A stretch of 22,131 bases of DNA from Candidatus Heimdallarchaeota archaeon (GTDB lineage: Archaea > Asgardarchaeota > Heimdallarchaeia > Hodarchaeales > Hodarchaeaceae): the NCBI GenBank assembly GCA_048881705.1, contig JBHLSH010000068.1:1-22131 (forward strand), read 5' to 3'. The translations under genes and the position numbers were made by a program. Positions 1 to 10,400 of this stretch are shown here, piece after piece. The number at the start of each line of letters is the position of its first letter. The first letter of the stretch is position 1. Under the pieces are notes generated by a model. It searched no databases. It was not told where the DNA came from and was given only the letters and a program-made list of their open reading frames with translations.

Positions 1-1917
1 AGCGAAACGGGATTGCACCACCTAGTGTGGGAAATTGTGGACAATTCTGTGGACGAAGCCATGGCTGGCTATTGTACACGTATTGTGGTCATTGTAGGAC
101 AGACTGAGGGAGGATTAGAGAGTGTCACTGTTCAGGACAACGGACGGGGCATTCCCACTGATAATCATCCCGATTATGATATTTCGTCTCTTGAGTTGGT
201 GACTACTAGGCTGCATTCTGGAGGGAAATTCGGGGAAGAAGCTTACAAAGTTAGTGGGGGATTGCATGGTGTTGGAATAGCGGTAGTAAATGCGTTGTCT
301 AGCTGGATGCAGGTTAAAGTAAAGAGAGACGGCAGGATTCTGATGCAGGAATATGTGAAGGGTGAAACAATCTCTCATGGTCTAATTGAGGTGGAAGAAG
401 ACTGGGAAGAAGAAACAGGAACCAGAATTAGCTTTATTCCCGACCCCGATATCTTTGAAACAACCCATTTCACCACCCAACAAATTAGGAGTAGATTAAG
501 GGAACTCGCATTCTTGAATAAAGGACTTGAAATTTTATTAATTGACAATCGACGCTATCTTAGTGATTTGGAGGGAGCTAAACCAGCAGAGCGAGATCAT
601 GCTGATTCCGAACCAGACTCTAACTCTGAAAAGGCTCTTTCTGAATGGCGATATTACTACGAGGGGGGAATCAGAGCTTATGTCGAACAACTTGCGCCAC
701 AGAAGGTACATGAAGATATACCATACTTTGATGAAACTATTGAAACTACACAAGTCGAAGTTGCCTTAGCATATGATCGCTCCGAACGTGATCTCGTCTA
801 CACATTCACTAATAATATAAATACCAAGCACGGCGGAACCCACCTATCAGGTTTTAAGGCAGGATTGACCCGGGCGATTAATGCATATGTTCAGAAGAAC
901 GAGCAGTTGATAAGGAATGCACGGCTCAAGAAGGAACTTAGAGATAAAAGATCGATCTTTAGCGGAAATGACGTAAGGGAAGGTTTAGTCGCGGTCGTTT
1001 CGGTGAAGGTTATTAATCCTCAATTCGAAGGTCAAACCAAAAGTAAACTTGGAAATTCAGAAGTAAAAGGCGTGGTCGAACGTGGGACATATGAGAACAT
1101 CCTACGATTCCTCGATGAGCATCCGGTCGATGGAAGAGAAATTATTCAGAAATGTGAGGAAGCAGCCTCGATTCGGATGAAATATCGCCAGCTTCGTGAG
1201 GCAATCAAGAAGACTCAAGCGAAAGGCACCGGAAAGCTCATAGATTGTTCAGAAACGGATCCTATGAGGCGCGAGCTTTTTCTCGTGGAGGGTGATTCTG
1301 CTGGAGGTAGTGCAATAGAGGGCCGCTTTAGTGAATTTCAGGCAATTTTACCGCTTCGAGGAAAGGTTATAAATGTCGAAAAGGCGCGATTGGAGAAGGC
1401 AATGAAAAACAAAGAAATTCTTGAAATCATAAGGGCTATCGGAGCGGGTTACAAGGAGAATTTCCAGATTGAAAATGTACGCTACCATAAAATTGTCTTA
1501 CTGATGGATGCTGACGTTGATGGGCATCATATTGTGTGTCTGCTGTTAACCTTCTTTTTTCGATATATGCCCGAACTGATTGACGAAGGCTACCTTTATA
1601 TTGCGCAGCCTCCGCTCTACAGAGTCAAAAAGGGCAACCAAGAGACCTATGTCTTGTCTGACCAAGAAAAAGATGAAATCCAACAGCAATGGGGAGGTAA
1701 GACTGAAGTTAGTCGGTTTAAAGGATTGGGAGAAATGAATCCTCTTCAATTGCGAGAAACCGTTTTGGATCCTGCGAACAGGATTCTCCTCCAAGTCACA
1801 CGAGACAATCTGATTGAAGCTGAACAGATGTTCGTGACGCTTATGGGACTTGAAGTTTCGCCCCGACGTAAATTTATAACAAGTCACGCCCTCGAAGTTG
1901 AGAGTTTGGATATATAG
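1..1917 (+). CDS. gyrB: DNA gyrase subunit B (5'-partial; frame is open from base 1, true start lies upstream of the window)
   Basis: Frame reads SETGLHHLVWEIVDNSVDEA (GHKL N-box), DNGRGIP, LHSGGKF...SGGLHGVG and GTRISF. TOPRIM motifs ELFLVEGDSAGGSA, LPLRGK and DADVDG are present, then FKGLGEMNP and a C-terminal LDI typical of GyrB. The TTG at 13 is an internal Leu. Directly upstream of a gyrA that has a GyrA-box. Confidence 0.97.
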   Translation, partial: SETGLHHLVWEIVDNSVDEAMAGYCTRIVVIVGQTEGGLESVTVQDNGRGIPTDNHPDYDISSLELVTTRLHSGGKFGEEAYKVSGGLHGVGIAVVNALSSWMQVKVKRDGRILMQEYVKGETISHGLIEVEEDWEEETGTRISFIPDPDIFETTHFTTQQIRSRLRELAFLNKGLEILLIDNRRYLSDLEGAKPAERDHADSEPDSNSEKALSEWRYYYEGGIRAYVEQLAPQKVHEDIPYFDETIETTQVEVALAYDRSERDLVYTFTNNINTKHGGTHLSGFKAGLTRAINAYVQKNEQLIRNARLKKELRDKRSIFSGNDVREGLVAVVSVKVINPQFEGQTKSKLGNSEVKGVVERGTYENILRFLDEHPVDGREIIQKCEEAASIRMKYRQLREAIKKTQAKGTGKLIDCSETDPMRRELFLVEGDSAGGSAIEGRFSEFQAILPLRGKVINVEKARLEKAMKNKEILEIIRAIGAGYKENFQIENVRYHKIVLLMDADVDGHHIVCLLLTFFFRYMPELIDEGYLYIAQPPLYRVKKGNQETYVLSDQEKDEIQQQWGGKTEVSRFKGLGEMNPLQLRETVLDPANRILLQVTRDNLIEAEQMFVTLMGLEVSPRRKFITSHALEVESLDI

Positions 1918-1923
1918 ACCGCC

Positions 1924-1928
1924 AGGAG
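1924..1928 (+). promoter_or_regulatory. Shine-Dalgarno (AGGAG) for gyrA
   Basis: AGGAG 10 nt upstream of ATG 1939, within the 21-nt gyrB-gyrA gap. Confidence 0.75.
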
Positions 1929-1938
1929 ATAAATTGAG

Positions 1939-4422
1939 ATGAGTTCCAATGTTAAAGTGGTCCCAATTGAACAAACAATGTCCAGGAGTTATCTTGAATA
2001 TTCGATGTCAGTTATAACATCGCGTGCCTTGCCGCATGTTAGGGACGGATTAAAACCAGTTCATCGACGGATTCTATGGGCAGCGCATAATCTTGGATTA
2101 ACCCATAATCGGCCACCGCGAAAATGTGCTCGTATCTCGGGGGAAGTTCTTGGAAAATATCACCCTCATGGGGATGCAGCCGTTTACGACGCTCTAGTAC
2201 GGATGGCTCAGCCTTTTTCGCTTCGATATCCATTGATTCAGGGTCAGGGAAACTTCGGAAGCATGGATGGACAGCCCGCCGCCGCCCAACGTTATACAGA
2301 GGCCAGAATGGAGGATATTACCGAGGAAATGCTCCAAGACATCGGCAAAGAGACAGTGGACTTTGTTGATAACTTTGATGGATTGGAAAAGGAACCTGTT
2401 ATTCTACCTACGCGGATTCCGAACTTATTGATAAACGGGGTTATGGGAATTGCGGTGGGGATGGCAACAACCATGCCTCCTCATAATTTGGGCGAAGTAA
2501 TCGATGGGGTAATGGCTACAATCAACGATCCGGATATTACCATTGACCAACTTATGGAATATATCCCCGGGCCAGATTATCCAACCGGAGGAGTGATTCA
2601 TGGAACTTCAGGGATTAAAAGGGCGTACCATAAAGGGCAGGGAACCATAATACTGAGAGCACGCTACCATACAGAGGAAAAAAAGGGAAAAACTCGAATC
2701 ATTATTACCGAAGTGCCTTATCTCGTAAAACGGCAGGATACAATTGATAACAGAGGTTTGGTTGATATAATTCTAAGAGAAAAAGAATTAGGAAAATTGG
2801 CCGATGTAGGGAGTGTCAGAAACGAATCTAGTATTATAAACGGCACTAAAATTGTCATTACTTTAAAAAGAAACGCTAATCTCGATATTGTCTTGAATCG
2901 ACTTTTCAAATACACTCCAATGCAGACCTCTTTCTCTATCCGTAACATGGTGCTCGTAGATGAATTGGTAGGAGAAACAACAAGATATCGACCCAAACTA
3001 CTAAACTTGAAGGGATTAATCACCGAATTCATCAACCACCGGTTCCAAATAGTCGAACGAAGAACACAATACGATCTCCGCAAGGCACGAGAAAGAGCCC
3101 ATATCTTAGAGGGACGTAAAATAGTGGTGGCGAACCTAGACGAAATAATCGCCCTGATCCGCGCCTCTGAATCTGGTCCACATGCCCAAGAATCATTGAA
3201 AGAGAAATTTTCGCTTTCTGAAATACAGGCCAAAGATATTTTGGCCTTACCGCTTCGTAGTTTAACCCGTTTTGACCAAGAAAAGATAATACGAGAGTAT
3301 GATGAAACTTTAAGGCAAATAAAAGAATATGAGTCAATTCTTGAAAATAAAGACCGAATCTATGAAATCATCGTTGAGGAACTGAAGGAGATCAAGAAAA
3401 AGCACGGGGATCCGCGTCGAACGCTAATCCGCTCGGAATCGCTGGACTGGTCTGAGAAAACCGAAGAAGACTTTATAACCAAAGAAGATATAGTAATAAC
3501 GTTAACAAGCAAAGGTTATATCAAATCTATACCTGCGGAAACATATAAAGCTCAGCATCGGGGAGGTAAGGGTATCAAGGCTATGGAAATCGCCAAGGAT
3601 GATTATTTGAAAGAAATGATCGTATGTTCAACCCATGATACGCTCCTTTTTCTGACCGTAAAGGGCCTGGTCTACACGAAACGAGGTTTTCAGATTCCAA
3701 TCTCCAAACAACGAGTAACCAAAGGAGTGAATATCGCTAACGTACTAAAACTAGAACGTGATGATGAGATTAGAACAATAATCCCTGTTTCAGAATTCAA
3801 TGATGGCCACTTCCTTATTACTGCAACCAAAATGGGAATCATCAAAAAAACCCCTTTGAAGGATTATGAACGTATAAGGTCAACGGGAATTATTGCTCAA
3901 CGTCTTCGAGATAACGACGTCATTATAGGGGCCAAAGTAACCGATGGATCGAGAGGTATAATTCTTGCAACGTTGAAAGGCAAGGCGATCCGTTTTCCAG
4001 AGGACGAGATACGTGTTGTGAAGAGAAGTAGCATTGGGGTTCTTGGAATTCGCCTAAATCAAGGCGACTACGTGGTCGATTTGGCTTTGGTCCATCCTGG
4101 TAAAACCCTCCTAACTGTGACAGAAAACGGCTATGGCAAGCGCTCGGAGTTTAAACATTATAGAATAACAAAAAGGAATGGCAAGGGGGTCATCAATATG
4201 AAAACAACAAAGAGAAATGGAGACGTAATAGCGGTACGGAGCGTTGCTGAAGATGATTATCTCTTACTGGTTGCGAATGATGGTAAATTGATCCAAATTG
4301 AAATCTCAAGTATCCGAGTCATTGGGAGAGCAACCGCAGGCGTCACCTTGATGCGAGTAAAACGTGAGGAAGGAGTAAAGATTTCCTCTATTGCCATTTT
4401 ATCCTCAGAGACGAACGACTAG
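1939..4422 (+). CDS. gyrA: DNA gyrase subunit A (827 aa)
   Basis: RALPHVRDGLKPVHRR, GKYHPHGD, GQGNFGS, catalytic Tyr in AAAQRYTEAR (Tyr119, 2293-2295) and GIAVGMAT. GyrA-box QHRGGKG at 3553-3573 and six recognisable beta-pinwheel blades in the CTD, so gyrase rather than ParC. Confidence 0.97.
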   Translation: MSSNVKVVPIEQTMSRSYLEYSMSVITSRALPHVRDGLKPVHRRILWAAHNLGLTHNRPPRKCARISGEVLGKYHPHGDAAVYDALVRMAQPFSLRYPLIQGQGNFGSMDGQPAAAQRYTEARMEDITEEMLQDIGKETVDFVDNFDGLEKEPVILPTRIPNLLINGVMGIAVGMATTMPPHNLGEVIDGVMATINDPDITIDQLMEYIPGPDYPTGGVIHGTSGIKRAYHKGQGTIILRARYHTEEKKGKTRIIITEVPYLVKRQDTIDNRGLVDIILREKELGKLADVGSVRNESSIINGTKIVITLKRNANLDIVLNRLFKYTPMQTSFSIRNMVLVDELVGETTRYRPKLLNLKGLITEFINHRFQIVERRTQYDLRKARERAHILEGRKIVVANLDEIIALIRASESGPHAQESLKEKFSLSEIQAKDILALPLRSLTRFDQEKIIREYDETLRQIKEYESILENKDRIYEIIVEELKEIKKKHGDPRRTLIRSESLDWSEKTEEDFITKEDIVITLTSKGYIKSIPAETYKAQHRGGKGIKAMEIAKDDYLKEMIVCSTHDTLLFLTVKGLVYTKRGFQIPISKQRVTKGVNIANVLKLERDDEIRTIIPVSEFNDGHFLITATKMGIIKKTPLKDYERIRSTGIIAQRLRDNDVIIGAKVTDGSRGIILATLKGKAIRFPEDEIRVVKRSSIGVLGIRLNQGDYVVDLALVHPGKTLLTVTENGYGKRSEFKHYRITKRNGKGVINMKTTKRNGDVIAVRSVAEDDYLLLVANDGKLIQIEISSIRVIGRATAGVTLMRVKREEGVKISSIAILSSETND

Positions 4423-4427
4423 GTGGA
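4421..4427 (+). promoter_or_regulatory. Shine-Dalgarno (AGGTGGA) for top6B, overlapping the gyrA stop codon
   Basis: TAGGTGGA spans gyrA stop 4420-4422 and lies 11 nt upstream of ATG 4439. Supports 4439 rather than TTG 4391 as the start. Confidence 0.65.
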
Positions 4428-4438
4428 ATGGATACAAA

Positions 4439-7400
4439 ATGACTAAAGCCACTAAATCCGCAAAAACCCAGCGTCCTAAGAGTACTTCTGATTCAAAGGT
4501 CGCACAGGAGAAAGTGGTAAAACGTTCCGCTGCGGACTTCTTTCAGGATAATAAGGCGATCGCTGGCTTCGATAACACAATGCGTGTTGTTTTTACTAGT
4601 ATCCGGGAACTGGTCGAGAATGGGCTGGACGCCGCGGAACGCGTTGGGCATCTACCGGAGATCAGAGTGATAATCCAACGGCTCTCACGGGATGAAATCG
4701 CAAAGCTATTGAATATAACTCAATTTGATTCTTCAGACAAGATTGACTTTCTACGTTTAACCGTAAGAGACAACGGATCAGGAATCCAATCTGAATTTGT
4801 ACCACCACTTTTCGGACGCGTTTTAACTGGTAGCAACTACGGTGCTCGTCAGTCTCGCGGACGATTTGGATTAGGTGCCAAGATGGTTCTTTTGAACGCT
4901 ATGTCCTCAGTCGATCTTCCATTGGTTATTAAGAGTAAGCATCTAAACGAGGACTTTACAAGTTACCATGAACTTATGATTAATCTTGCAGAAAATGAAC
5001 CTATTATCATTAACAGACGTGAGGTCCCCCAAGGGACGACGGAGGCAATTCCAAACTCTGGAACCGAGGTTAGTGTAACATTCACAGGGGCATGGGGTCT
5101 TGCTGCTCGCTATGTGTATGAATATTTCTCCCAATTAGCACTGATTACTCCTTATGCTTCCTTTTACATACAATATCCAGATAGTGATGTTCCAGTCGAG
5201 ATGGAACGAGTGGTAGAAGAAATGCCTCCGTATCCTCAGATTGCAAAGGTGCACCCTTGGGGAACTGATATAACTCAGTTCAAGCGAGAACTTGCCGTAA
5301 CACGAGTTTCGACTATGGAACAGTTTCTTCAGGAGCATTTCCAAGGCATCGGCGCAAAAACGGCTAAGGATTTCCTAGAGTTCGTGGGAATTCAAGCAGA
5401 TAAATCCCCCGATAAGTTGGAGGCAAGCGAGATCCGGCGTATCGTCCATGAGGGATTTGTGATGCCCGATTCAGATCCAAAGAAACGACGTACGCAGAAA
5501 TATTTTCCATTTAAACGTCCAAGTGGTGATTCTCTTGCTCCCCTGGGAGAAAACCTATTGGCAAAAGGAATTGAAAAAGAGCTAACGCCTCAGTTCGTGA
5601 GGGCGGCTTCCGGGGACGTCTCTGCGTATTCTGGTCATCCTTTCGTCATCGAGGCTGCTCTGGCATATGGAGGGCCAAACCTCTCGGGTGAGATAGGAAG
5701 CCCGAGGATCTATCGGTTTGCCAATCGGATACCGTTATTGTTCGGCGCAGGAAATGATATTATCACGAAATGCGTCCAAAAAATGAATTGGAAGAATTAC
5801 AAAATTTCAATTAATAAATCACCTATTGCCATCGTAGTTTCCGTAGTTTCGTCAAAAATACCATTCCCAGAAACTAGTAAGGAGTATATTGCCGATGTGG
5901 ATGAACTACGCGAGGAAATAAATCGAGTTCTCCGAAAATTGGCACGGGGACTGAGTCAGCATTTAGGCCGGGCTGAGAGAGAACGTCGTGAAAAACAGCG
6001 ACAATCTCGTTTTGAAAGCGCAGCTCCCAAAGTATTACGTAACTTGATGAATATTGTAAAAGACACCCCTTTCATCCTGGAATCACATGAAGAAGTTGCA
6101 AAACTTGAAAAAGCTCTGGCATCGGCAGTTCCCAGGCTTGTTCGTCGAAAATATCCTCCTAGTCCCGCCATTTCCAGCATTGGGGAATGGCTCCCCACTG
6201 AAACCTACGGAACTTTGGTAGAGAACGATTTTCAAACGATATTTCAGTTTTTACGGGCATCTAACGTGGAATTAAGCAAGATCACAGGCTTTGGTGAGGA
6301 TCGTATCGATGATATAAAGCGAAGAACGGTTAACGATCAAGAACGTTCAAAACAGGCCCCCCTTATGCGGGAATTTGAGATTTTTAACAAAAATATCGAA
6401 GATGATTTCAGCAAATATCGTGACATGCTTCGAATACATAAAGCATTCAATAAGCGTTGGATTGTATCGTCTCTTGATTTATTTGCAACCCCAGTTTCCC
6501 AATTAAGGTATATAGAAGGATTTCCAGAGAAATTAATCTATGATTGTAAAAGTAAAGCTGTTGAAATTCAACTAAAACACAGTTCCAGCGAAACTATTGC
6601 CATGGAGAACGCTGAATGGATGACCGATAACCTTCTCAAAAATTTTAGAAAGGCAAAAATCGATACTTTATTTGATTATATAATCGGATTTCCTGAAAAA
6701 TTGGCCCAGATACCGTCATTAAACCGTCGACTCATCGAATGGGCTAAGGACGAGATCAAGGGAGGGATTAAGGCGGGGTACATAGATCCTGAGAGCGTCA
6801 TTGGAGCGGCTTCTTTTGATTGGATGGATTATAAGGTTACTCCTCGTCTTCGTGGTCGAAAAATATCAAAGATTAAAGAGTTTCTTCAAACACCTTCTGA
6901 AACATTAGCAGAGTTACCTGAACTAGCTGAGAATCTGATTTTGCGATCAAAACAACTTTTCAAAGATAAGCTGGAAGATTTCAATGACCCTGACTCTCTT
7001 ATGGCTATTCCTGGAATTTCTGAATCCATGCAATCTGATTTGACGCGCTTAGAGATCCGTGGATTAGTTGATTTCCTTTTAAAGGGGGAGAATGAACTTC
7101 ATATTCTTAGAGGATTCACAAATCAACTCATTAACATGAAACTAGACGAGATCTATGAAGAGATCATCCAAAATCATGAAGCCTTTCCCATAAAAAACGC
7201 TTTATGGCTGGATCCTGACTTAGAATCTCAACTTAAGAGTTTCGGGATCAATTATGTTTACGATTTTGTTAAAACTGCTTCCTCCGAGCTTGAAAAGATC
7301 AAAGGAATGGATCCCCACATTTTAAGGACAATAAAAAGTGTTTATGGAACTCCTATACCGTTTTTTACCCCAGATGAAATGATATCATTAGAATCCAAGA

Positions 7401-10400
7401 AAATTTTCTGTTTAGAAGAACTTTATACGGCCATAAATAATCAACTTCTCCCGTCTGGGGCCTTGGGTACCAAGGCAAAGGACTTGCTGGACATCCTTTC
7501 TCAACCAATTTGCTTCTTACCTGTTTCAGGCAAATATTACTTATTATTTCATAATCTCGGAGTATCTAGAATTTTCGACCTGCTTATTTGGAATGATGCG
7601 GACCTACACAAAACCACGAAGGTTTCATACCAGGTCATTGATCAGATCAAGAGTACATTAAGTTTGGATCAGATAAGGGAGTTGATTGAAGAAAAATCAA
7701 TACCAATATCTGCATTGGCTGGGAATCTAAAGGGTAAGGAATGGACGTCTCTACTGGAATCAGGTTCAGGCGTACAGGCTCTCTATTATGCACTTCCCTA
7801 TTCAAATAGAGAACTGGGTGAACTTAATCTCACAGACAAGATGAGAAAACAGTTAGCTCGTCTTTTTAGAACACCTGTGACAAATTTACCGCAGATAAAA
7901 TCGAAATGGGTCTCACGTCTCCATTCAAATGGGATCAGCACCTTTATTGAACTAATTAGTTGGCCCCGCGAGGAATTGGTAAGGATCTTAGGGCGAGAGC
8001 GCAGTTTCGTTGATAATCTTTTTTCAGAGTTTCCTCCTTTCAGATCCGGAATGCCTCTAATTAGCTTAGGTGTCTTTTCAGCTACTGAAATGAAAACATT
8101 AAGAGATTCAGGATTTGAAACTGTCGAAGACGTTTATTTTGGGTTTAAGAAAGAACTCTTTAGTATAATGGGAGTTAAATGGAAAAAAATCGAACGATAC
8201 CAGCGCCGCCTTGAGACACCAATTGCGATGCTTCAGCTGGCAACAACGGCAGAGGGGTCGAAAATCCGAATCTCTCATGCGGGAATAGAGAGATTGGCGA
8301 CGAATGCGATCGATCAAATCATCAAACTTGTATACTGGGATAACCCGCAATTAAAAACCATTTTAAAAATGTCTGATGAGCGGGTACAAGAATTAAAAAG
8401 ATCCATAGCAATCAAGGAAGAGGGAATGCCATTGGGTAGAGTGAGTGGATTTACTCGAAAAGTTGCAGCAACTTTGACGGGGTATGGCATTGAAACGGTA
8501 GAAGATCTATATTTTAGCGCATCTGAAGATATGTTGGATGAAGAAGATGACCTTCAATGGGATGTGGTTAAGAAGGCAATGGAAGCTTTGGATCTTCCCA
8601 TTTCATACCTTACTGGAGTGATTCCAGATGATTACCTTGAGAAATTAATTGGAAAACGCATAGATACCATTATTCGATTTCTGATAACGTCTCCCGAGGA
8701 GCTCTCCTCTGTACTCGGAACTCCAATTGATAATATCGAAAATTTCCAGCAAAAAATCAACCTTATTAATCTCCGGGAATCCGCTGAAACGTCCATTTCG
8801 ATTTTAGACGGATTAAAAAGAAAGGATATTGCAACATTCGCGAATGAGGGAATTTTAACCGTTTTTGACTTCTTAACCAGTCCAGATGAACAGATATCAA
8901 GCGTTTTGGCCATTGATGTCAAGAAAGTGGAATCAATGAAAAAAGACATACACTTTTCAAGCATAGAGACCATAAAGGAAGAAAAAATGATACCATTGTC
9001 ATCAATAGCTATTTTTGATAGAAAAACGGTTAAAAAACTAGCACGCCTTGGAATAGAGAGCCTTTCTGATCTCTATTATGTTGCAACTTCAAAGAATTTG
9101 GAAGAGAGTCCAGTTGAATGGCAGGAGATTCTTGATGCCCGCATTGTGTTAGATATGCCACTGATAGCGAGTTCGGAGGTATCTCACGAAGAAATTGAAA
9201 TTCTTCGTAAAGCAAAGATCGTTCGAATTTTGGATTTAATGATGGATACTACCGAAACATTGGAAAAGCGAACAAAGCTCTCCAGTGATCGCATCGAAGC
9301 GATTAAGAAATCAATCAACTTTAATGAAATCCTTTCCCTTATTAAAAGCCTTTCTTCCCTAAAGCTTGATTTTCCTCCTGATTACAAGAGAAAAATTCAG
9401 ACTCTAGACCTTCAGACCGTTTACGATTTATTAGCACATCCTGATCCTGAATTCTATTTGGGCAAACTTAACGATCGAGCATATCGAATAGATTCCACAA
9501 ATTGGGAATCTTTATTCTCAGTATTGTCTATCCCCATTTCGTTAATTTTGGGTTTGGATCCTCCGACAATCAAATTATTAAATAGAAAACAGATTCGTAC
9601 TATGAGAGACGCACTTGTTGCGTCCGAGGCAAGGCTAGAGGGTGTTGAGGGTATTGAACCAACCGAATTTATTTCCGATCTAAAAGCCTTGAGTTTTTCT
9701 GAAATATTTCAGTTCAAACAGATACCTATGGTCTTTATCCCGAACTTACCCACCGAGTTCATTTTTCCCCTGATCGATAATAAGATAACTAGGGTAGATC
9801 ACTTATTGGATGCTTCTAATAGTGATGTAGCAGCAGCTTTGGAAACCTCAAGCACCCGGATCCGTAAAATACTTTCCAACTTGAGTATGTCTACAACCAT
9901 CAAATCAATGGAAGACAATTCGACTCCTTTAGATCAGTTTTCCTCCCTGGTTTCGAAATCTACCTTACAAAAACTTTCTAATATTGGGATTAGCACCATT
10001 CAGGAATTATATTTGCACGATCGTGAACAACTCAGCTTTAACGGACTCTCGGAATTATTTGCTTTTTTAGATCTTCCGATTAATCGTTTATCAACTGATA
10101 TACCGACTGGGGATCTCAGGAAGCTGTCACAATACGGAATAAATACCCTATTCCGATGGTTCTTCATTCCGAATCCCAATCTTTCAAAAATACTAGGAAT
10201 GGAAATCAGTGAGATAGCGGAAATCAAAAAAGAGTTCGACCCAGAGACGGCTTCATCTGCCAAATTAAGCGAAACTGATGTACCCCTAAAGGCCATTGTT
10301 GAGACGGGGTACATTGATTTCGATGAACTGGAGAAACTTGGAATCCGAACACTTGAGGATATGCTATTTGCGAATTTAGAAACTTTAGAATGCTCTGACA

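Noticed and set aside
553-642. Mini-intein in GyrB
   Set aside because: Too short, and lacks the N-terminal Cys/Ser and C-terminal His-Asn splice residues.
1-4422. Topoisomerase IV (parE/parC) or reverse gyrase
   Set aside because: GyrA-box QHRGGKG plus six CTD blades indicate gyrase; there is no helicase or type IA domain.
4391-4438. TTG 4391 start for top6B given by the ORF track
   Set aside because: It overlaps the gyrA 3' end, adds 16 implausible residues and has no SD; ATG 4439 has AGGTGGA upstream.
5477-5500. Nuclear localisation signal in Top6B
   Set aside because: The gene context is prokaryotic (operon, SD sites, no introns), so a basic DNA-binding loop is the simpler reading.
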